Source: Anthoceros angustus (lineage: Eukaryota; Plantae; Anthocerotophyta). Taken from it: a stretch of 64,000 bases of DNA. The position numbers and the translations under genes are program-made. The notes beneath the pieces are model-generated. The model searched no databases. It was not told the DNA's origin and saw only the letters and a program-made list of their open reading frames with translations. Position 1 is the first letter of the stretch; every line of letters starts with the position of its first letter. The DNA lies in contig VJWM01000203.1 of NCBI GenBank assembly GCA_010909165.1, positions 281,471 to 345,470 on the forward strand. The letters run 5' to 3'. Below are positions 50,496 to 63,339 of the stretch, piece by piece.

Positions 50496-51438
50496 AGGAT
50501 GCCAGCGCCAACAAAGGGCCTTCTGGTCGTCCAACTGTGGTATATTATAAACCCTAAACTTGTGACAGGGGAGGATCCTGCTCTGGGAAAGCCCCATCTG
50601 GAGGAGATCCTGCTCAGGGCTTCATTTCGCACATTGAGCTCGTTTGAAAAGTCTGCAAAGACTCGATCAGGATTTCTTGCCGGACATGGTAGGAGGAATT
50701 CCTTCTGCTTCTCCTCCCAGCACCTAGTCCTCCACTTCCCAGCACCTAGTCTCTAGGTTCTACTTGCTCGGTGGCTCGTTTTGGAAAACACTTGACACAG
50801 CCTTTCATCTAGGCTTGCCTGTTGTGGATCTATCCCTATCCAATGTCTTAACAAATCGCCCATGCGAACTATTACCAAGCCTATTACCAAATTATTATCA
50901 AACAAAACTAAGGTATTTTCCATTACCATTCTACTTTTCAAGATGTAATACGGCTTGAAATTAGTCGTTGTCATCGTGTATGTGGGCAGAGAGTATCCTA
51001 CACACCTCCCCTATGCCTCTACCCTCGTCGATTATGAACTGCCAATCTCATGTCTTCAAACATTCAGCTAACCTAACGTCAATGTTCAAAAATTGCTTCC
51101 AACAATTAGGTCTACTTCCTTTAATGATAAATAACCTGCAGAATACCAGGCAGTACGGGGATGGCACTGGAAGACACTAAGGAGGATCCATTCACGTGGG
51201 AGGCTGAGGTGGTTTAAAGGCTTCTCTACCTGGGCAAGAATTGAACAGGTGATAAGAAACTGTCAAGGGGGCCATAGGAATAACAGCTTTGTCAAGGTTG
51301 GGTAGGAATCAAGAGTCATTCCCGGCACATGTTGACGATATCATGCACGTTTTCTTGCGTGCCCTGGAGAAAGCATCACGCTTCTAAAACATAGTTTAAA
51401 AATCGGTATTCACAGACTTGCGCCCATGACGGAGATGT

Positions 51439-51820
51439 CGTCCACAACAGGTGAGCTTGAAAGCTGGCACTGGCCTGACAAGTACTTGCAAGGAAGAAGC
51501 AATTGGAGGGCTGCGATGTACGCAGTGATGGATGAACTCGTCAGTGTCCAGCAATAATGCAAGGCTGGGCCACCTGTCTGTGTCCTTCTGGAACGCGTCA
51601 ATCAGGGATGCTTCTTCGGGCCATGCCGTCCACAACAGATGAGCTTGAAAGGAAGCTGGCACTGGCCTGACAAGTACTTGCAAGGGACATGAGAGCGCGA
51701 ACTGGAGGGCTGCGATGTACACAGTGATGGCTGAACTCGTCAGTGTCCAGCAATAATGCAAGGCTGGGCCACCTGCCTGTGTCCTTCTCTGGGACGCGTC
51801 AGTCAGGGATGCTTCTTCGG
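51439..51820. repeat. ~190 bp direct tandem duplication
   Basis: gtccacaacag.tgagcttgaaa...cagggatgcttcttcgg occurs twice. Confidence 0.85.
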
Positions 51821-52021
51821 GATGGGACTTCGCAAGGATATGACTTCGTCAGGATGTGACTCCATCAAAGCATAAGGCTTTAGTATCCATCCCCAGGCAG
51901 GCGTGAGGCCATATAGCCTGGCTACCAGGGCTATCCATTCCACTCCATTCCACGCCTTTCAAATCCCATTTCAGTTCTTCCCAACTTCCATCCAGGCTGC
52001 AGCTGTTCCAAGAGCAATACG

Positions 52022-52878
52022 ATGGGCGACAGCGTGAAGGTGGCAAGCATCGGCATCCCTTTGTTCCAGGGCTTCACTGCTCTGGACCTAATTGGGCCTT
52101 ACGAATGTCTGTGGCAGCTGGAAGGCGTGCATGTGTATTTGGTGGGTGCCGAGGAGGGCCAGCAGTATACGACAGACAGCCAGATGGTCACTCACTGCAA
52201 CTAGATCATACAAAACCTGCCCAACCCGGACGTCATCCTTGTTCCTGGAGGCTTGACGCTGTACGAAACTTCCAAAGCAAATGGGTGGAGGAAGGGCAAT
52301 GGAAGGCCATCATCGACTGGGTCCGGCAGGTGAGTCCTGACTGACCAACTCTGTTTCCTTCATCAAATGGACATCTCAGGAATGCAGAAATGTGCTAATT
52401 GCAGGCCCACCAGACATCCAAGTACACGACGTCTGTCTGCACAGGAGCATTGATCCTGGCTGCTGCAGGGCTGCTCAAAGGGGCCAACGTCACCACACAT
52501 TGGATAGCAAGGGAGGAGATCCAGAGGCCTGAATATGGGGCGACTTACGTCCCGAAGCGAGTCGTGTGGGTAGATGAGGTGAGCACACCGACACCGTGCA
52601 CTACATGACTGCATACCACTTGCTGCTTAGATAGTCATTGAACAAACTTACAAGTCATCTGGGCGGGCTGCAGGAGAACTCCAAGATCTCCACATGCGCC
52701 GGAGTATCGTCTGGAATTGACTTCGGGCTGACGCTCTGTGCAAAACTCGCTGGCGAAAGCAAGGCCAGAGCTATCCAGCTCACAATAGAGTACGATCCTC
52801 AGCCCCTTTGATTGCGTCATTCCGGCCAAGATCGAGTTGGCACAGCAGGCGGTTACGGATGCTCTTGCCGGGCTGTGA
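52022..52878 (+). CDS. DJ-1/PfpI family protein, isocyanide (isonitrile) hydratase InhA-like; 3 exons (introns 52,330-52,404 and 52,579-52,673)
   Basis: FQGFTALDLIGPYE, PDVILVPGG, SVCTGALILAAAGLLKG..TTHW, KISTCAGVSSGIDFGL, AIQLTIEYDPQP. Canonical GTGAG...CAG introns. Confidence 0.88.
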
Positions 52879-53129
52879 GACATCGATAGGAGGTTCAAGG
52901 AGTTCCCACGATGCTTCCATGGCCAGCCAGCAATTTAGAGGGCGGGGCCCGAGCCCCAACAAATGTGTACTCATGTCACAGCGAGCAGATAGTCCCTGCT
53001 GTCTCCTTTTATCTCCAGAGCTGCCTGCAGTTTTCCAATGCAGCAAACCATTCGCAATTGTCGTGGAATGCCCGGCCTGTACCCACACCGTGCTTCGCAA
53101 TCATCCTGGTTCCAAATACTTGAACTGTC

Positions 53130-56100
53130 TCAATGCCAGTCCCACAAGAACATTTGCCATCCACAAAGCAGTGAACACGGTGTGCATCCCTGACGATGAT
53201 TTGGCGCTGCTCAAGGCGTGACATAATCTTGGTGCTACTGTGACAGTCATTGCACATGCGAAGGTTCTTAGTTACCACTAGAGTTGTCCTCCGGAGTGTT
53301 AAGGAGGCCATATGCTAATGCCAACTTCTCCGCATGTCCACACAATGCATCTTCCTTTTCACTCTCTGAAACTGCCTTCAGAACCAGGTCAGTCAAAGGC
53401 ACGTGCCCGCCTTCATCCTGCACCCTCACGTTCATGCTAATCAACTTCGAGCAACGTCACCCTCTCGTCTCCACGGTGAACTCGTGACCTTATTGTTCAC
53501 TTCAATACCAGCCTTTGCGGGCTTTTTCCAAGCACCTGCGCACTTTCTCAACCTTTCTATTTCCTCTACATCACCCCACATGCCTGCATTTGCATAGATA
53601 TTCCCCAGTAGCACATAAGCAGCTGCAGTCTGGGGCTCCAAACGTACCAGACGTTCAAAACATCGCCTTCCACGCTCTACATCACCATGGCTTTTACACG
53701 CACTCAGCAAAGAAGTCCACCCCACAACATCATTTTCAAAGGGCACTGACTGCAACAATTTTTCAGCAGCCTCCAAATCCCTGACCGCCCAAGAAGATCA
53801 ATCATGCAGTTATGATGCTGGTCTGTTGGCTCAATGCCCTGCTCCTTCATCATCCGAAATACCGCTGGCCCTCTTTCACCAGCCCCTTGTGACTGCAAGC
53901 TACCAGCAGAGAAATGAACGTAGCACCGTTGGGCTCCACACCTTCCTCCGCATTTCTTCGAAAAACTGTATTGCCCTGTGGCCATCCCATGTTTGGCATA
54001 ACCATTCAGCAGACTATTCCATGTCACCACATCTTTCACAGGCAACGTTTCAAACACTTGGCGAGCACCTTCCAAGCTCCCACATTTTGCATACATGTCC
54101 ACTAGACAGTTGCCGACAACCACATCACAATCTAGTCCCTTATCTTGGGTCACAGCATGAAGCTGCTTTCCTGATGCAAACCTCCAACACTGGCACATGC
54201 ATTCAGGAGCCAGACAAACGTAACATGATTACCCACAGACAGCACCTCTTGTTGCATACTTGCATAAAGATCCAACGCATCTTGACCAAGCCCCTGCTGA
54301 CAATAGCCTCCAAGAATTGCATTCAAGCTACCACGTCTCTACTAGAGAGCCGGTCAAAATTCTGCGTGCATCCTCTAAGCTTCCACATCTTGCATACATG
54401 TCGACCAGGCAGTTGCCAACAACCAGATCACTTTCTAATCCTCTTTGTTCAATTTGCAGATGAAGCTGCTTTCCTTGTTGCAAGGCTCTCACAATGGCAC
54501 ATGCTTTCAGGAGGGACACGAAAGTGATGTGATTTGCTGGAGCCATGCCATCCTCTTGCATAACTGCATACAGATCAAGAGCTTCTTGGCCAAGGCCATG
54601 ATTGGCATATCCTCCAATCATTGCACTCCATGTCACAACATCTCTTCTGGGCAACTCGTCAAAGACCCTCCGAGCAAGCTCAATGTCCCCACACTTGGCA
54701 TACATGTCGACTAGGCAGCTTCCCACAACCATATCAGTGTGCAGTACCCTTTCCTGAATCAGAGAATGCAGCTGCTTTCCTGCTGCAGAGCCCTGAGGCT
54801 GGCACAAGCCTTGAGGAGGCACACGAACGTGACACGATCAGGTAGTGTCTTGCCCTCTTGCTGCATGCTTGCATAAAGATCAAGGGCTTCTTGACCAAGT
54901 CCATGCTGCGCATACCCTGCAAACATGGCATTCCATGTCACCACACTTCTAGTGGGCAGGTTGTCAAAAGTTTACGAGCATCCTCTAAGTTCCCACATTT
55001 TGCGTACATGTCAACCAGGCAGCTGCCAATGACCACATCATTCTCCAGCCCTCTTTTCCGAATCAAGGAATGGAGCTGCATGCCCTGATGCAAAGCACCC
55101 ACAATGGCGCACGCTTTTAGCAGGGACACAAACGTGACGTGATTGGCTGGATACAAGCCGTCCTGCTGCATGGAGGCATACAAATCCAGCGCTTCTTGAC
55201 CTCGTCCATGCTGAGCATACCCTGCGATCATGGCAGTCCATGTCACCACATCTCTCGTGGGCAAATCATCAAACACAGCACGAGCATCCTCTAAACTGCC
55301 GCACTTTGCATACATATCCAGCAAGGAGCTGCCAACAAACATATCAGGCTCATGAGAACTCTCCAGGATGTCGGTATGCACCTCCTTCCCGGAAGCCAGG
55401 TCCCCTGCCACAGCACAGGCCTTGAGGACTGCCACGAATATATGGTTGTTAGGCTTCATCGCCGACTGCCGCATCTGGCGATACAGTTTCACGGCCTCGG
55501 CAGGCTGCCATGATCCGCGTGCGCCTTAATAATGGAAGCCCATGCGAAGGTGTTAGGAGCAGCTATCTTGGAAAACACGTTCACCGCGTCCTCCACCAGG
55601 CCATGAGAGGCATACATCCGTATGATGTGGTTGCCCAGAAACCTGTCCGTCTCCTTCCCACTTCTAACAGAGAGGACATGGACACGTTTCCCGTTATGCA
55701 AATCCTCTGTGCAATGCACCTCTTGAGCACAGAATAGAGAAGACTGGTGTCAGAACGCAGTCCCTCTGCACCAGGAGGTCCAAAGCTTCAATAGCCTCAC
55801 CTAGCTGGCCCTTGTCACACAGCCTCCGACAGACATCCACCTCCGACTCATCCTCTCCATGTCTCCACGGGCCAGCCTGGCTCCCTGAGGAAGAGCTGGT
55901 CCCAGCATGCCCTTGCGCATCCCACGCAGCTAGCTGAGCCTGCAGCCAGCCAGGATTCCTTGGATTGTCTATCCACAGGGCCTTCTTGGAGCGCTTGTGC
56001 CTGAAGTCCGGATGGCGGGGACTCCTCTTAGCCTGCCTGCAATCCCACCACTGTGCGGGATCCGAGAAAAAGCTTGCCACAAAAGCTCCTGCTGTTCTTG

Positions 56101-56291
56101 TTGCGTTTTGCCTTCATGACGTAGCTGGCTCCAGCAATAGCAGCCTGTCCTTCAAACTTCCCACACCAGGTGACATGGCAGGGGGACCAGAGCTGAGGTG
56201 GACCATTGCGACCACCACAGATCCATACGTCTTGCTGCTTGATCACAACATTCCCAGGAGCCCACTTTGGGTGCAGGAAGCTGGCAGCCAT
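53130..56291 (-). CDS. PLS-class PPR protein with N-terminal PDF motif, about 6 PLS triplets, E domains and a DYW:KP deaminase-like domain (putative U-to-C editing factor); frameshifted here
   Basis: Repeated LVDMYAKCG / DVVTW / TFVSLLKAC; [12 protein letters not shown]; [12 protein letters not shown]; [10 protein letters not shown]; [10 protein letters not shown]; [14 protein letters not shown]; [10 protein letters not shown]; [17 protein letters not shown](DWH*) if one G is restored. Confidence 0.9.
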
Positions 56292-57689
56292 AACCCTAGC
56301 CTAGAGCTCATGGCACATCGACAGACATGGACACACGATCACTCCACCCTATAATCCACTCCACTCCACTGTTCCTTCCTTCCTTCCTTGCAAGACGTTA
56401 CGTCTGTGCCCTCTAGAGTCATGAGGACTCTTTGCACCCGCAGCATTGGTGAGGACTGACCTGCATGGGTTGAGTGCACGATGCGTAAGGTGGTGTGTTG
56501 AATGACGTCTTTAAATTTGGAATGTTCCTAGCCTGTAGCGCGAAGGCTTGAAACTTGAAAGGAGCAAGTGAGCACGAGCAAGATAGCAGCATGCTAGCTA
56601 GGGATGCTGCCATGATTCATTTTTCTTTATTGAAGATAATGCACATTTTTCACAATTTCTGCGGATTGCGGGTTCTCATCAACTGATTTGTCTGGACATA
56701 TGGTACATGGATGGTGGCTGGCTAGCTGCAGTGAGCACACTGGATGGGATGCGGAAGAAAAGAAAGGCTGCCAGGGCAGTTCTACCCAGAAGCCGCCGCT
56801 GTATCATATCACCTGCGCAAAATTTCATCCATCCCACAGCGTCTTTTTGCGGTATGAGAAGGGAGATGTCCCTGACAGAATTTTACAATCCTGTCCTTGA
56901 TTGCATCAGGGCCAGCCTTGTCGGCCAGGGCCATGAGTCTAGTCCTGGAATGGTGGCAGGAGAGGCCCTTACTTTGCTTCTATTTTTACTCATTTCACCT
57001 ACGCCTTCACACAACCTCTACTAATCAGTTTCATTTTCATGTAAACAGCTTGTTAGTATAGACGGTGTAACAGTGGATATGTCTTTATCTTGCACCATGA
57101 CTGTGAATCATGTGGATCTGTCCCGTGTCACACGCCAATACACGCCTTCTCCATTCTACTTACCGGTCCGCCATTGGGCTCGCTTGGGCTTTGTCCATTG
57201 TTTCAACATATTATTGGGCTCGCTTGGGTTTTGTCCTTGTTTCAACATATCACTGCTAAAACACTTATCTAAGTTTGTCTTCGTCTCATAATGAACTGCA
57301 TTTTTTGGGCTTTGTAGATTTACGCTGTTGATTCCCTAGAAACATAATCGAGAGCATCGAATTCACTGAAAAAGGGTAGGACGATCAAGTTATAGAGCGG
57401 ACCTTATAACATCTTAGATGAGATGCTTTTGGGAAGGATGGGCTATTCTTTGTGTGGAGATTTAACCTTGTCTCTTAATGTTGAGTTTTGTATCGAGCTA
57501 TAAATATTCTTTCGACCAAAACCCAACAAAGACATGCTTCCTTAAACGAAACCCAATAAATCATATTTTTCACAAGAACGTTCCCCTCACACTATTGATA
57601 CACACTTAGGGTACTATATAATTAGTGATGCACATTCTTTAATGCATGCACAATTGAATTCAGCACCTTTAAACTCCATAAGAAATGTC

Positions 57690-58860
57690 TTAAGTATGTA
57701 AGTTAGTTCACGGTCTAATATGTCCATAGTCAAAAGTGCTACTTCCCTCGACAAAAAATGTAATACATAGACTACCTACGTGAGAATAGGCATGGGTGGA
57801 AAGTGCTCTAGTTCATGCAACAAAAGATGTGCTTATCGGGACTAAGGAGTACCGAATCTAGAATGGATGGGTGGTACCACATCTCGGTAGTATCTAATTG
57901 GAAGGTCACTAACCGAATTTCAATGAATTTATGGTTATCGATAAAGAACCTAATGGTTACCATGACACTCTTCAAGAGGAAGGTTTGGTAACATTAGATG
58001 ATTGACATTAGCTATCACTGAATAACAATATCTTTCTTAATGGGGAATCTATACAAAACCCTTCACCTTGCAAAGGTCTTGAAAGCACCTCCACAGTATG
58101 AAACTTGTCTCCTCACTCAATGACACCAAGGTCTCAATGACACAGAGGACCTTTCAAAATAGATCTCCGCAAAGGGCTAAGTCACCTTAGAGAGAGAGAG
58201 TCTACGCGATGTTTATGGTCCCCTGTCTACACCTTCTTTTAGTGGTAGTAGATATTTCTTGACCCACATCCCGAAATACAAGAGTGAGGCTTATCTATTC
58301 TTCAAGGATTACTTGGCTTGAGAGAGATTAATAAATTAGAAGCTCAAAACATGACATTACGACAATGGTGGCGAGTTTACATTTCATCAATTGGAAGAGT
58401 TTTTCCGAGTTCAAGTTATAGCTCAACAACTCATTGTTGTATACACGTCTCAACAAAATGGCGTAGCTGAAAACAAAAACCTGCACCTACAAGAGATCAT
58501 TGGTTGTTTATTATCATAAGCTCATATACCTTATTTACCAAATTTTGAAGCTTATTCGACATAGGCCCTACTCACACCTACATATCGTATGAATCAATTG
58601 CCCACATTAGCAGTTCAAGGTATGGCTCCTTATGAAGCATTTACTGGCAAGAAGCCTTCTATTGATTATCTTCAAATTTTAAATCTATTGCATATATCTT
58701 TTTCCTAAAGCATTGCGTGAGAAGTTAGATCTTAAAGCACCAAAGTATACTTTTATTGACTACATCAAGGCATCAAAGGTTGCAAATTATTTGATCCTCT
58801 ACAAGGCAACTTCTTTAGGCTAGGATTGTTACAACTTTCACGAGTCTCGCCTCTTTTCCC
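57690..58860 (+). mobile_element. Degenerate Ty1/Copia pol remnant (integrase region)
   Basis: DNGGEF (58,361), YTSQQNGVAE (58,442), PYEAFTGKKPS; many stop codons. Confidence 0.85.
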
Positions 58861-59207
58861 TAATTGTGGGAGTTGACACTTGTGATCCAATTGATTGTTC
58901 TCAAGACGAGACTGCCGATAATTCCTTGTCGATGATATTGATTATATCACATTTTCCAGTTCTTGCTTCTCGTATTCTTTTGTTGAACCTATTATGTGAA
59001 GAGGAGGAGCTAGCATCTATTCCATAATTCCATAACCTGAAACAATGCAGCCCTTTGGTAGACATGTGCAAGTGTTGGTGCTTCCGCTGTAGAGAAGGGA
59101 AGTAGCTTCAGATGAAGTTATACGATTCAAAACAAAGACTTTATGTTGATGTCGTTTTAGGATGGTAGCTCGGAAAGCACCCAAGGGATGCTTGTCCAGA
59201 TAGGGTT

Positions 59208-59440
59208 CGTGAGATACCTTTGCCTAACTTTGTTGGTTCATCATAGACCTGTCCGTGAGATACCTTTGAATAGCTTTGTTGGTTCGGTGAGATACCTTTG
59301 AATAGCTTTGTTGGTTCGATGAGATACCTTTGAATAGCTTTGTTGGTTCGATGAGATATCTTTGAATAGCTTTCTTGGTTCGATGAGATACCTTTGAATA
59401 GCTTTGTTGGTTCAGTCACATACTTTTGCATAGCTTTGTT
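59208..59440. repeat. 32 bp tandem minisatellite, about 7 copies
   Basis: gagatacctttgaatagctttgttggttcgat repeated without spacers. Confidence 0.9.
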
Positions 59441-61169
59441 TTCTTGAAGGGTTTAGGGCCCTACTTGTACTTATGCTTTGATAAATGAGAATCATCCACT
59501 ATTGAAAAAAAACAAGAAGACATTGTTGCACCCTGGGAAATTTGCATCCCTCGGGAGACGTGTGCATCCCTCGGGGAGACGTGTGCATCCCTCTGGGAGA
59601 CATGTGCAAGTGTTGGTGCTTCCGCTGTAGAGAAGGGAAGCAGCTTCACCGATGAAGCTATATGAAAACAACGAAAACAACGACGAATGCTGATGTCGTT
59701 TCAGGTTGCAGCCTAGTAAACAAGTACGCAATGTGCGGAAGCTTACAGGATGCTCAGCCTGTGTCTGACGGACTCAGGAGAAAAATGTGGTAACCTGGAC
59801 CGCCCTGATAGCAGGATACTCCCACGACCTCTGGCATGGAGTAGAAAGCTCTTCGTCTCTTCAGGGCTATGCCAGAGGAAGGGCACCCGATGCCCTAACA
59901 CTGAAGATCGGCCAGTCTGACTTTGCAATGTGACTTGTGCATCAAACTTGGGCATAAGACAGACCAATTCCTGAACAGATAACTCAGCTAGCTTTTCTGG
60001 CAAAACGGTAACCCGCTAAACACACCCGCCTTGTCTGTATGCAGCCATGGCCTAAACGCCACGGCTCCAGCAACCACCGCCTGCACTATAGGAGCAGCAG
60101 CACCGGTGAGCCCACTACTTATACAAAATGGCATGGGCAGAACAACACGGTTTTCCGTCGGGATGTGGAGACTAGCACCTGTCTGCTTCCGTCACCAGCC
60201 GTACATGACTGTAGAGTGCTAAGCAGGATCTGCTAAGGATCTGGTGCTGGATGGAGAACAAATCAAAAACCTGCACATGGATCAACTTCGAGCCAAAAGG
60301 GGCTGATAAATCAAAATCCCGCAGTACTCACAGGCAGCACCGGCAGACCATTCAACTTGGACAGAGCTTCGCTTCCATGGACGATATCGACCAACTTAGT
60401 ACCCGTGTGGACTGGAGCACTGTCCAGCAGTGCTTCAGACATCACCCTGGGCATGTTCAGACATCCGAGCATCAGCCACCTGCAAAGACAATAAGCACGA
60501 ACTGCATATGAATACAACCAAGCCTTGAATTGGAAGAAAGACCTAACCAAGCACGAAGGGTTTAAGGAAACAACAGACGCACGGGCTGCATGCGGTCGAT
60601 GCCGCAGCCATGTCTTCTCCAGGTAGGTTTCCATCAGGGCAGACAGTATGAAGGGAATTGACCGACATGGGCCCTGAGCGAGCGAGGATTACTCCACCTT
60701 GTCAGCACATTCCGCATGCATGCAAGGACACAGCAGGAATCCCCAAACGGGTGGAGAATTAGCCCTGGCTAGGACTCAGCAGGAGGCCCCAAGCGGGTGG
60801 GGAATTAGCGACAACAGTCCCACAACATCGTGAGGTCACACAATCCGACTTGGTATTACTTGGTTGGTGGGAGGCCCGCACAGAAGAGTTCTGCAAAGTA
60901 AGCAGCGTCAACCTCCGGCCAGCCTATCACCCCTTCAAAAATAAAAGCGTACAATAGACGCAGCGCCGGGCTTCGACCCAGCGCTTTGTTTTCCTTACTC
61001 ATTAGTTTAAGGCAACCTCTTTATCAGAGAGAGGGATATTAATAGGGCAAAAGGGTGACTCAACGTGTGCTAGCAATATGGGGTATTTCACTTTCGGGTT
61101 GGTTCAGCGGAAGCTCTCGGTTTCTTAGCTGGGGCACGAGCGGTCTGTTAGGTGAACGTGGACCTGAAT

Positions 61170-63339
61170 GCAATGAAGTGTGGAGGTGGCGCACTGCCAA
61201 TCAAGTATGTGTGCATCAGCTCTGTTTTCGTTGATGTAGACGATGGCTGTCTAGCGAATTCTATTAGTTTCAAACAGCGTTTCCTGGTCACGAACAAGGC
61301 AAGGACAGAACTGTTCAACGAGGTCGTCTTGGTAAATAGCTTGTACAAGCCAGTTTTGGTGGATGCCCAGTTGGATGTGCATTTGGGTTGTAGTGGCATG
61401 CGGCCATCCATCTCGAGTTTGCAGGCCGAGGAGAGGCCTGCAGGATATGGATGGGGAGTGACTGAAAACCGTGAGCCAACTATGTCAGCAGGGACATATC
61501 AGTGAGGCTGTCGAGGCTCTGGCAGTTCTGGCGCACTCAAACCCAGTCATTCGTATCCCACACCATCTCTTGTATGCGGTGCTGCAGCAATGTTTGAGGA
61601 AGAAAGATTTGGTTCTGGGTCGCCGAGTCCATGCTGTGTGTGTGAAAGTGGGGTATGAGTCGGACACGTTTTGTGCAACCATCTCCTACGAATGTATTCG
61701 TCCCATGCCCGGCTGCAGGAAGCCATGGATGTGTTCAGCTTAGTAGGCAAACCGGATGCCTTCACGTGGTCTGCCATAATATCTGCACATGTCCACCATG
61801 GGCAAGCAAGGCAGGCCCTACAACTGTATCTTGAGATGCGCAGGTCCAGCGTGAAGCCAGATGGCCATGTGTTTGTAGCGGCTCTACAGGCTTGTGCAAG
61901 GGAAGCAGACTTGAAACTGGGCAGCAGGTGCATGCTGATGTGATGGCCAGTGGTGTTGGGGTTGATCTGTTTATTTCTAGTTGCTTGGTGGACATGTATG
62001 CAAAATGTGGCAGCTTGAAGGATGCGCAAGAGTGTTTGATGGGCTTCCTGAAAGAGACGTGGTGTTGTGGAATGCCATGATGGCAGGATATTCTCAGCAC
62101 GGCATGAGTCAGGAAGCCCTTCAGCTCTACGCTGATATGCAACAAGAAGGCATCACTGCAGCTGATCCTGTGACATATGTGTGCCTCCTTCAGGCATGTG
62201 CAAGTGAGGGTATTTCGGCATTGGAGAAGGGAAGCAGCTTCATGCACGGATTGAAGAGCGAGGGCTGCAGGCTGATGTGGTTTTAGCAAACAGTTTGGTA
62301 AACATGTATGCTAAATGTGGCAGCCTGGAGGATGCTCAGGGCGTGTTTGACAGCCTTCGTCAAAAGAACGTGGTCACGTGGACCAGTCTCATAGCCGGTT
62401 ATTCCCATCAGGGCATGGGTCAGGAAGCCCTTTGTCTTTATAGTGCTATGCAAGAAGAAGGCATTGCTGCACCTAATTCAGTGACATTTGTTTGCCTCCT
62501 GCAGGCGTGTGCAAGTGTGGGCACCCCAGCTTTGGAGAAGGGAAGCAGCTTCATGCACAAATTGTGGAACAAGGGCTGGGGCCGATGTGGCTGTGGCCAA
62601 CAGTTTGGTAAACATGTATGCAAAGTGTGGCAGCCTAGAGGATGCTCAGGGCGCATTTGACAGACTTCAGGAAAAAATGTGGTGACGTGGACTGCTCTGA
62701 TAGCTGGATACTCCCAGAAGGGCATGGGTCAGGAAGCCCTTTCTCTGTACGGTGAAATGCAACATGAGGGCATTGCAGCACCTGATTCTGTTACATTTCT
62801 GTGCCTCCTCCAAGCATGTGCAAGTGTTGGTATCTCTGCCTTGGACAAGGGAAGCAGCTCCATGCACAGATTGGTGACGAGGGACTTTTAACCGATGACT
62901 TTGTCGCCAGCAGTTTGGTAAACATGTATGCGAAATGTGGCAGTCTAGAGGATGCTCAGAACGTATTTGACACGCTTAGTCAAAGGAATGTGGTGACTTG
63001 GAATGCCATCATAGCAGGATATTCCCAGCAGGGCAGGGGCAGGAAGCCCTTCGCCTCTACAGTGCGATGCAACAAGAAGGCTTAATTGCACCTGATTCTG
63101 TGACGTTTGTGTGTCTCCTGCAGGCTTGTGCAAGTATGGGCACTTCAGCTTTGGAGAATGGGAAACAGCTTCATGCACAGATTCGAGAAGGAGGACTTCA
63201 AGCCGATGTGTTTCTAGCCAACAGTTTGGTAAATATGTATGCAAAGTGTGGGAGCTTGGAAGACGCTCAGAGAGTGTTTGATGGGCTTTTCCAAAAGATG
63301 TGGTGACATGGAATGCCATGATAGCTGGTTATTCGCACA
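61170..63339 (+). pseudogene. PLS-class PPR gene (about 6 triplets), 3'-truncated before any E/DYW domain
   Basis: MYSSHA at ~61,690; MYAKCG at ~61,995, 62,304, 62,614, 62,924 and 63,236; ends abruptly after VTWNAMIAGYSH. Start position uncertain. Confidence 0.88.

Noticed and set aside
51439-51820. Possible ankyrin repeats on the minus strand (GPALHYC)
   Set aside because: Motif match too weak; reported only as a tandem duplication.
59208-59440. 32-bp repeats of CRISPR-like length
   Set aside because: Head-to-tail with no unique spacers, no cas genes, eukaryotic context.
60961-60986. GC-rich hairpin (tRNA T-arm or Helitron 3' end)
   Set aside because: No rest of a cloverleaf and no properly spaced CTRR terminus.
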